Positions 22,470-32,416 of a DNA stretch of 32,416 nt are shown in pieces; position 1 is the first letter of the stretch; each line of letters opens with the position of its first letter. Under the pieces are notes generated by a model that ran no database searches, had not been told where the DNA came from, and was given only the letters and a program-made list of their open reading frames with translations. The DNA lies in contig NMRA01000114.1 of the NCBI GenBank assembly GCA_002633005.1, positions 707,245-739,660 of the forward strand. The letters are read 5' to 3'. The translations under genes were made by a program, and so were the position numbers. The DNA comes from Phoronis australis. Taxonomy: Eukaryota > Animalia > Phoronida.

Positions 22470-23023
22470 ATCTTATTAAAATTGGAGTTATAACTTCCCC
22501 TTCTGTACATTTTGTAAGAGGGAACCTGAGACTTTGCTTCATTTATATGCCTAATGGTAATGTGATATTGTTCAAAATGTTTGGAACAATGTTGAAGATT
22601 GGGTTAGAAAAAAAAATTCTATGGGTACAAATGTACTTACAGTTTGCTTTGGAAACAGATGTAGAAGTCCACCAATTCAAAATTTAATGTTGTATCAAGT
22701 TTCATTTATATAAGCAACGTCTCAATGGTAAACCTCCAAATTTAATTATATTGACAAAGGAAATTGAACTGTATTACTCCTGTGAAAAAAACATTTATTC
22801 AAACAATTTAGAAACAGAAGTTTACAAATAGATGGTCACAAATGCATTATGTAATAGCAATGTAAGGATATTTCATCACTCCATAATATTCTCTCCCTTT
22901 TTCATAGGCATACACTTGTGCACTGTCTTTATGTATGTATTTCTAAAATCCAGTTCAAATATACTTTTAGCTTGGTAAACTTGCTTATAGTGAACTGGGA
23001 GATTAAAAAAAATTAAAAAAAAA
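22470..23023 (+). mobile_element. L1/Tx1-type LINE 3' fragment
   Basis: zf-RVT motif KIG....CTFCKREPETLLHLY..CDIVQNVWNNVEDW, then FIYKQRLNGKPPNF...YYSCEK; ends in an A-rich tail at ~23005-23023. Confidence 0.8.
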
Positions 23024-23449
23024 ACAATCACGACTGAGTATGGTAATGTGGACTTATAGTTAACAGATCTTTCTTGGTTTTTCTTTCTTAGGTTTGGATC
23101 TTTCTGACCATGGCAGCCTGTCATCGACCATCAGCCAATCGACTGCATGCATTGTTGAACGTTGCATCTACGCTTGCCGTCATCGATTAGACGCATGTCA
23201 ACTACATCAAGGAATGGCACCCTGCCTGCCATCAACTGCACATAGTACAGATGAACTGCAGTCATTCAGGGAGTTCTTTTACACCTGCAGTGCTTATACT
23301 CAGAAGGGTGCAAATGCTCACACTTTGCCTAATGCCCACATGTAATTGTTACAATTCCTAAAAGTGTCAGTGCATAAGTGAGTACCAGTTGGCCAAAAAA
23401 ATTTATCTCCCAGAACGTATGCATTTCTTCACCTTTCGGTAACAACTAA

Positions 23450-25300
23450 TTTCATGTAAATTAATTTCGCAGTTGACGACAAACACCCGAAGTAGTTTGA
23501 CAGATGGGCGAGGAATTCAGGATCACGACCGCTAATTTTGTCATCATGTCGGGGAATTCCAGGTCATTCTGGTTGATCACTGTGGCGGGTACTGTGCCGT
23601 CTGCATATCAACTGTCCACGTATCAGCGAATGTCCATACATTGAAGATTGCCGTGTAATCTCTGAATATCGACTGTCCGTGCATTGGTGCCTTGGGTCGA
23701 CTGTTCACATATCAACCATCCACTTCCCGAGGAATGTCCACACATTGAAGATCGCCATCTACTGTCTGCATATTGAACATTCACATATCACAGGAGCATC
23801 CAGATATCGAGGATTGGTGTCTTTTGTTCACAAACTGACTGTTCACGCATCAATGTCTTCCATCGGCTGCTCACATATTGATCCTCCACGCACTGAGTAG
23901 CATTCTTACATCGAGGAGCGTCATCTGCCATTTGCATGTCAACCATCCACACATAGAGGAACGTCCACATATCCATGATTACCATCGACTGTTCGTGTAT
24001 CGGCTAACCACATATTGTGGAACTTCCATACATTCGAGGATTGCACTCTACAGTCTGTATGTCGACCTTCTACATATCGAGAAAGGTCCATGTGTCGAGG
24101 ATCATCATCTTCTGTACCCATGTCAACCATCCACACACCGAGAAATGTCCACTCATCGAGGATGACCTTCTACTGTCCACAAACCACCTGTTCGCGCAAT
24201 GATGTCTGCCATCAGCCGTTCGCATTTCGATCTTCTTCACATCAAGGAATTGTCCACACATCTAGGATCTACATCTGCCTTCCTCCTACTGATCATGTAT
24301 CCGATGATGCTTGGCCTTGATCGTATGCATATTGAGTGCCCCCCCACCGGGACAGTCAATATGCATATGGTCAGTGGACTGTACGTATAATGACTGTCCC
24401 GGTGGGGGGACAGTCAGTATACATACGGTGGATGGCAGGCATCAGTGGACACATGATCGGTAGGTGAACGGTAGTTGACGATTCTAGTTGTGTGAATGTT
24501 CCATGATGTGTGGAAGGTTGTTAAGTGGATGGCTGATGGTAGATGTTGTTGTGTGAACAGTTGGTTTGTAGGCTGTAGATGGTGAACCTTGATGAGTGGA
24601 TGTTTATCGATGTGAGGGTAGTTTATATGCGTATGGAAGATGGCTATCTTCAATGCATGGACATTTCTCGATATGGGGAAGATCGACATACGGACAGTAG
24701 ACGTCAATCCTTGAATGAATGGACGTTCCATGATATGTGGGATGTCAGTATGCGAACAGTTGATGGTAATCTTGGGTATGGGATGTTCCACTATGTGTGG
24801 ATGGTTGGCATGCATATAGCAGTTGACCATCCTTGATGTTAGGATGCTTCTTGGTGTTTGGAAGATCGGCATGTGAACAGTTGATGGCAGCCATTGATGT
24901 GCAAACAGTTGGTTTGTGGACAGAAGATCCTGATCCTTGATGCTTGGATGGTCCTTGATATGTGAACGATCGGTATGTAGGTGTTAGATGGTGAACCTTC
25001 ATGCATGGATGTTCCTCGATGTGTGAATGGTTGACATGCGAAGAGTTGATATCAGGTGTCGATGTGCGAACAGTCCTTATTTGAAGATTATACGGAAGAC
25101 TTTGATGTATGGACACTCTTTGATGCCTGCACAGTTGATGAAGGGATTGCATAATACACACCAAAGGGATCAGATGAATTGATCGAGAATTCACCAATAA
25201 GATGGCAGAATTAGCTCTAAGTGATCAGGACTTCCTGCTGATTCAGTCTCAGTACTTCTGCTGTATACGTGGTAAACTGTTCACATATTTAACATCTACG
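23450..25300. repeat. ~1.85-kb degenerate palindrome centred at ~24375, arms containing ~60-bp degenerate minisatellite units
   Basis: cccccaccgggacagtca(24341-24358) pairs perfectly with tgactgtcccggtggggg(24391-24408); the arms remain alignable and colinear out to ~23450 and ~25300. Confidence 0.9.
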
Positions 25301-25334
25301 CGTCGAGATATATGCGCACCGTTGTTTGTGCATT

Positions 25335-25655
25335 GACTGTTTGGGTATACATCAATCCCTGATTCTCTCACAAATTCTGTTTAGGCGTCCATGCATGGCT
25401 TAACTTGCACGAGTCAGATAGGTAATAAAACTCTGGTGATTATTATTGATGTTCCTTTCAGCATGATGCCCTGTGGTAGTGTCGTCTGCCAACCGTCCAT
25501 GTAACCTGGACTGCCATCTGGTGACCTGCACCTATACTGATGCAATTGTTAACGACTTTCAAGACCGTGAGCTGTGTTGTAACATGTCATTGTTGTATAT
25601 AAAGAACTCAAGGTGTTCAGGGATACCAATGCCTAGTTTCAGCCATTCACTCTAG
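25335..25655 (-). mobile_element. Degraded CR1/L2-like RT fragment
   Basis: One frame with stops reads SEWLKLGIGIP..EFFIYNNDM...LADDTT...LNRICERIRD*C. Confidence 0.5.
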
Positions 25656-26259
25656 CAATGACAGAGGAGGATGGGATCGGGGATGGCTATATCTACCATC
25701 AGCAACCAGACTTCCAGCATCAGCGCCTATGATTGACATGTACTGATGGACAAGGTAATGTGTGTGGGCATGTTTAGGATGAGTGAGGCATGTTTAGGAT
25801 GAGTGGGGCTATGTGCTCAGACATGAATGTGATGATGGCAACAGTGAATGTGAGTGTGTGCATTATGATTTTTTTGTATGAGACTGGTGGAAATGGGGAT
25901 GTGGAGCAGTAAAGTGTGAATTATGAAGAGAATATCACTCAGTTGACCCTGGATTAGTAATAACCGGGAAATAACGGGGAGTATTGGGACTTGTTAACGG
26001 GATAAAGTCCTCCCCGTGAAAAGGGTGAAGTTTTCCTCTCGAGTTTCTCACGACACAATGTCAATCAAGATAAACGGGTAAAGTCTTCCCCCATGAAAAC
26101 GGGAATCTTTTTCTTTGAGTTTTCTCAATAGAGGATATTATTCGAGTATAGATTATCGTCATTGTGCTGAAATGAAGAAACAGCGGGGCATTATATTCAG
26201 ACTTGCTAACTGGGTTTAGTCTTGCCCGGTGGGCTGATGACAATTCTTTTAGTGTCATT

Positions 26260-27500
26260 GGTTAATGAATTCGTAACATGTGACGAATTAATGGTGAAAT
26301 GGTATGAAACTGACGAATCCATGAAATGCTATGACTAATTGAAACTATTGAGTGACTAAGCTAAATGCAAAAAATAAATTACCCAAAGCATTGCGAAAGT
26401 TAAAGAACCAATAAAATACGAGTTAATGACTATAAAGCCTGCAAATGAAACGAAATTATGAGATATGGAAAATTCGTGAACTGATGAAATGGGAAACTTT
26501 AATGAATGCATACAATATCAAAAGGACTTCAGGTTGTGACGGAGCAAAACAAACTTCTAAAATGAGACGGTAACACATTATGGCACCCGTATACTGGAAA
26601 AAAGTAATGAAAAAAAAGCATGACCCCATAAAGTGTTACATCTAAACAAACTGTTTGAGAGTAATGAATAAAATGGGAGAAATGATTGAATCCAAAGAGT
26701 GTGAGAATTTATGAATGAATGAAATATCAATCAGTTAAATGCAATACAAAGAAACCTGAGGTGGCCCAAATTGAACACAATCGATGAATCCGTACAATGC
26801 TATGATTAAGTGAAGCCGTTGAGTGCGATTAAAGAAAATGATTGTGAAAAATAAGCGAATCAAGGAAATACCAAGGCATATTCACGCTAGGTAATGACTG
26901 GACTGTTTCAAGAGTAAAGGTAAATTCTTCACCATCTATATGGGGAATTTTTCTGTCAAAATCCTGTTTCGAGGTGAATACAAAGAAGGTGGGCTCATGA
27001 CAATTCTCTAAATGCAACGCTTAATGAATTTGTAACACATGGCGAATTAATGGTGAAATTGTATGAAACTATCAAATGCTATGAGTAATTGAAACTGTTG
27101 AGTGATGAAGCTAAATGCGAAAAATAAATGAACCCAAATTGTGAAAATGAATCAATAAGATATGAGTTAATGAAAAAAAGATAGTAAAAATCAAATGACA
27201 TATCAAATGTTAAAAATAATGGACTAATCGAATAGGGGACATTAATTGATGCGTAAAATGTCACAAATATGACAAAGCAAAATGAATGTGAGGTATGAAA
27301 CTAACAAAATGAATATAGAGTTTGAGGAACCAAAATACAAAATATGAATGAACCTAGAAAATGCAAAGAAGCAATGGACCCACAAAATAAGAGTTAGTTG
27401 CAACGTGGAACTCCTTCAAGAAACATCACAAATGCCAAAGGTTAATGGAGATAATGTGTAAATTCTGAAAATTGAATGAGCCCATGAAGTAGACATTGAA
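26260..27500 (+). repeat. Degenerate A/G-rich satellite-like flank and truncated macrosatellite unit
   Basis: 26262-26430 resembles 27021-27170; 27315-27500 duplicates 27716-27892; rich in aatgaa/tgaaa. Confidence 0.7.
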
Positions 27501-30500
27501 ATGGAGAATGTTATAATTGGAGTCACGAGATGTGGTGAATTGACAAACCTTTAAAAGGTGAGAAATTATTGGTTTGTGAAAAGTAAGGAATTCAAAATCC
27601 GTAGAGCAGAACAAATTAATGGTACAACGATGTCTGCTAAATTAATAATCACCTAAAAATACCACAATCAATATGCCGGTGTAGCATGTTGACAGAAGCT
27701 GTACAATTAACTACCGTATAGAGTTTGAGGAAGCAAAATGCTAAATATTAGTGAACCTAGAATATACAAACAAGCAATGGACCCACGAAATACGAGTGGA
27801 ACTCCTTCAAGAAACATCACAAATGCCAAAGGTTAATGGAGATCATGTGTAAATTCTGAAAATTGAATGAGCCCATGAAATCGACTTTGAATGCACGTCC
27901 AAGGTATCATGTAGCCTGAGCATCACAAAGGGGCGATTTGACTTATTGGTTATCAGAATGCTCTTAATATTCCGAAAGAATGCATGGAGATGAATGGTAG
28001 AATGGTTCACGGATTGAAGAAATAGTGCATCAACTTAATGGAGTCTTGTGAAGTGTGGCAATAATATGTGAGGAATTGATGTATCTCCAAGATATCACAA
28101 ATCAACAATAAAACCAGTATAGCATGATAGAACATGCGAAATAAACAAAGGTGTTGAGTGCAGGGTAGTATAATGCTAAAAATAAATGAACCTATAAAAT
28201 GTTAAAACCGAATGGCTCATGAAGTATCATGATGAGTTAATGTCGGGGTAAAGTCCTACAGAGTTGCTGGTCAAACGTGTCACGCCAATGCAAAAGGTTG
28301 ATGGAAATAGGGACAACTGATTGCAACCATCATATGCACTGAGTTGAATTCTGAAAATTTCCGCAATCAACTTAATGAAAAGTATTGACTTAATGCAGCT
28401 GGAATATGTTACATAGAAAGGAAACTTACAAATTGAAAGTGTGTTAAATGTGACAATTTGCTTAATAAGTGAAAAAGGAAGGTAGGGGTGGTGAATGAGC
28501 AGGAGACTACGAATTGAATTGCTAGCTGACTTTGAATTCAGCCCAAGGGAACATGTTTATCAAACTTGGTTATCAAAACCATAGCTTTATTTACAACTAC
28601 AGTATTCATAAAAATAACTTCCAGGCCCAGCTTTGGCTAAATCTGAAGATCATTCACCACCCTGAGGCAAAGGGCATCGCAGCATTTTTTCTTTTTTTAA
28701 TACTCATCATTGACTGGTGGGAGAAGTGATCTTCTAGCATGTAGTTGGGTTTACAGATATTTTATGCTGCATCTAGTGGTGGTTCCTTTTTCACAAATTC
28801 TAATATTATGGAATTCGTTGTTATCACGGACAACGTTGTGTCTCCAATATGTGAGGAAATAAACTTGTATCCAACACCATTGTGTAACATGATGAAACAA
28901 CAAAATGGGTGACTCGATTTGTGCGCACCACTGCTTCTCAGTACTGTAGTGAGAATTGAGTAATGCATCACAAATTAAACAAATGAGCGCATTGAATTAG
29001 TGGAGTCCATTGAAATGGGACAAATGGATGAGTCTGTAAAATGTTGTTAAATAAACATCAACTTAAAAGACCTGTAAAACATTAAACATAAGTGAACTCC
29101 AGAAATTCAGTTGGACGCATTAACCATCTGTGGTAATCTGATGGGCCAGGTAGGGTTTACTGTAATTATTTTGTGCTACATCAAGTGGTGGCTCCTTGAT
29201 AAACAAATTGTCAAATTATGGAATTCATACTTATCACTGGCAAGTAATATTGTGTGTTGCATGTGTGAGAAAAACAACTTGTGCTTCTTTGTTGAATTGT
29301 GCCAGACACCATTGTATAACAGGCTGGTGCAACAAAATAGGAACTTGACTAATGCTTGCCGCAGTGATATTACAGTAACTAGAGGTCTCTCAAACAATGT
29401 AGTTACTGTGAATTTTGAATGGGGTAGTGGATTATGAATTGAGCTAAACAGTGCGCCAAGTTAATGGATTCATATGAAATGCAATAATTGAGTGAATTAT
29501 GTGAAGTGTTCTCATATATACAGAGAAATAAATGACCTGTAAATTATAAACATAAATTATCTCGCATAATTTAATGAATCTGCAATCGCATCGATAAAAA
29601 AGCATTCACCAAAAGAATGTATTTAATGATGAAAGTGGAAATGGAGAATGTTATAATTAGAGTCAAGAGATGTGGTGAATTGACGGACCATTAAAAGGTG
29701 AGAAATTATTAGTTTGTGAAGAGTAAGGAATTCAAAATTCGTAGGGCAGAACAAATTAATGGTACAACGACGTCTGCCGAATCAATAATCACCTAACAAT
29801 ACCAGAATCAATATGCCGGTGTAGCGTGTTGACAGAACCTGTAAAATTAACTACCGTATAGAATTTGAGGAAGCAAAATACAAAATACTAGTGAGCCTAG
29901 AAAATGCAAAAAAAGCCATAGACCCACGAAATACGAGTTAGTCCCAACGTGGAACTCCTTCAAGAAACATCACAAATGCCAAAGGTCAATAGAGATCATG
30001 TGTAAATTCTGAAAATTGAATGAGCCCATGAAGTAGAGTTTGAATGCACCCCAAGGTATCATGTGTCCTGAGCATCACTAAGGGGCGATTTGACTTATGT
30101 ACACCATTGGTTATCAGAATGCTCTTAAATTCCCAAAGAATGCATGGAGACTTGAACATTAGAATGGTTCACGGATTGAAGAAATAGTGCATAAACTTAA
30201 TGGAGTCTTGTGAAGTGTGGCAATAATATGTGAGGAATTGATGTATCTCCAAGACATCACAAATTAACAATGAAACCAGTATAGCATGATAGAACATGCG
30301 AAATAAACAAAGGTGTTGAGTGCAGAGTAGTATAATGCTAAAAATAAATGAGCCTAAAAACTTCGAAAATCAAATGCCTCATGAAGTATGATGAGTTAAT
30401 GTCGGGGTAAAGTCCTACAGAGTTGCTGGTCAAACGTGTCCTGCCAATGCAAAAGGTTGATGGAAATAGGGACAACTGATTGCAACCATCATATGCACTG

Positions 30501-32416
30501 AGTTGAATTCTGAAAATTTACGGAATCAAGGTAATAAAAAGTATTGACTTAATGCAGGTGGAATATGTTACAAATAAAGGAAGCCTACAAATTGAAAGTG
30601 TGTTAAATGTGACAATTTGTTTAACAAGTGAAAAAGGAAGGTAGGGGTGGTGAATGAGCAGGAGACTACGAATTGAATTGCTAGCTGACTTTGAATTCAG
30701 CCCAAGGGAACATGTTTATCAAACTTGGTTATCAAAACCATAGCTTTCTTTACAACTACAGTATTCATAAAAAATAACTTCCGGACACAGCTTTGGCTAA
30801 ATCTGAAGTTCATTCACCATCCTGAGGCAAAGGGCAATGCAGCATTTTTTCTTTTTTTTTAATACTCATCATTGACTGGTGGGAGAAGTGATCTGCTAGC
30901 ATGTAGTTGGGTTTACAGATATTTTATGCTGCATCTAGTGGTGGTTCCTTTTTCACAAAATTTAAAATTATGGAATTCGTTGTTATCACGGACAACGTTA
31001 GGTCTCCAATATGTGAGGAAATAAACTTGTATCCAACAACATTGTGTAACATGATGAAACAACAAAATGGGTGACTCGATTTGTGCACACCACTGCTTAT
31101 CAGTATTGTAGTGAGAATTGAGTAATGCATCACAAATTTAACAAATGAGCGCATTGAATTAGTGGAGTCCATTGAAATGGGACAAATGGATGAGTCTGTA
31201 AAATGTTGTTAAATAAACATCAAAATAAAAGAACTTTAAAATACTAAACATAAGTGAACTCCAGAAATTCAGTTGGATGCATTAACCATCTGTGGTAATC
31301 TGGTGAGCCAGGTAGGGTTTACTGTAATTATTTTGTGCTAAATCAAGTAGTGGTTCCTTTCTAAACAAATTGTCAAATTATGGAATTCATACTTATCACT
31401 GGCAAGTAATATTGTGTGTTGCATGTGTGAGAAAAACAACTTGTGCTTCTTTGTTGAATTGTGCCAGACACCATTGTATAACAGGCTGGTGCAACAAAAT
31501 AGGAACTTGACCAATGCTTGCCACAGTGATATTGCAGTAAACAGATGTCTCCCAAACAATGTAGTCACTGTGAATTTTGAATGAGGTACTGGATCATGAA
31601 TTGAGCTAAACAGTGCGCCAAGTTAATGGATTCATATGAAATGCAATAATTGAGTGAATTATGTGAAGTGTCATCATATATACAGAGAAATAAATGACCT
31701 GTAAATTATAAATATAAATTATCTCGCATACTTTAATGAATCTGCAATCGCATTGATAAAAAAGTATTCACCAAAAGAATGTATTTAACGATGAAAGTGG
31801 AAATGGAGAATGTTATAATTAGAGTCAAGAGATGTGGTGAATTGACGGACTATTAAAAGGTGAGAAATTATTAGTTTGTGAAGAGTAAGGAATTCAAAAT
31901 TCGTAGGGCAGAACAAATTAATGGTACAACGATGTCTGCCGAATTAATAATCACCTAACATTACCAGAATCAATATGCCGGTGTAGTGTGTTGACAGAAC
32001 CTGTAAAATTAACTACCGTATAGAATTTGAGGAAGCAAAATACAAAATATTAGTGAGCCTAGAAAATGCAAAAAAAGAGATAGACCCACGAAATACGAGT
32101 TAGTCCCAATGTGGAACTCCTTCAAGAAACATCACAAATGCCAAAGGTCAATAGAGATCATGTGTAAATTCTGAAAATTGAATGAGCCCATGAAGTAGAG
32201 TTTGAATGCACCCCAAGGTATCATGTGTCCTGAGCATCACTAAGGGGCGATTTGACTTATGTACACCATTGGTTATCAGAATGCTCTTAAATTCCCAAAG
32301 AATGCATGGAGACTTGAACATTAGAATGGTTCACGGATTGAAGAAATAGTGCATCAACTTAATGGAGTCTTGTGAAGTGTGGCAATAATATGTGAGGAAT
32401 TGATGTATCTCCAAGA
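27501..32416 (+). repeat. Macrosatellite, unit ~2.14-2.16 kb, at least 2.3 copies, runs off window
   Basis: atggagaatgttataatt anchors at 27501, 29641 and 31803 (periods 2140 and 2162). Confidence 0.97.

Noticed and set aside
23679-25197. His/Ile-rich ORFs on both strands
   Set aside because: By-products of the minisatellite palindrome; overlapping frames, no domain and no splice support
25380-25655. Ig-domain-like reading in an alternative minus frame
   Set aside because: Another frame gives ordered RT motifs (IYxND, ADDT, LN..I..WC), which is the better explanation
25767-25806. 20-bp tandem duplication (and a ~55-bp direct repeat at 25998/26075)
   Set aside because: Ordinary local duplications with no further structure
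28532-31568. Repeated ORFs in macrosatellite units
   Set aside because: They recur only because the DNA is duplicated; stops and frames differ between units

Overview
Eukaryotic, repeat-rich genomic DNA with the look of a marine invertebrate; it has single-N assembly joins and no prokaryotic genes or CRISPR. The main result is a 7-exon minus-strand gene at 14521->7689 that the ORF track misses. Its exons join in phase into a 425-codon, helical, F-BAR (Fer/Fes-like) protein with an S/P-rich tail and no SH2 or kinase domain. It carries two in-frame stops, and exon 3 is present twice inside a ~1.2-1.45 kb duplication. Mobile DNA around it: a decayed HERO/NeSL-type RT (1-1495), an Academ (XPG+Cys8) transposon with TIRs and a TTA TSD (1553-4917), interrupted Penelope elements, MITEs with 5-bp TSDs, hAT, L1/Tx1 and CR1/L2 remnants, and a repeat with five co-oriented CTCF-like motifs. 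There is also a ~1.85 kb ancient palindrome (23450-25300) and a ~2.15 kb macrosatellite running off the right end. All family assignments come from motif recognition by eye; no searches were run.
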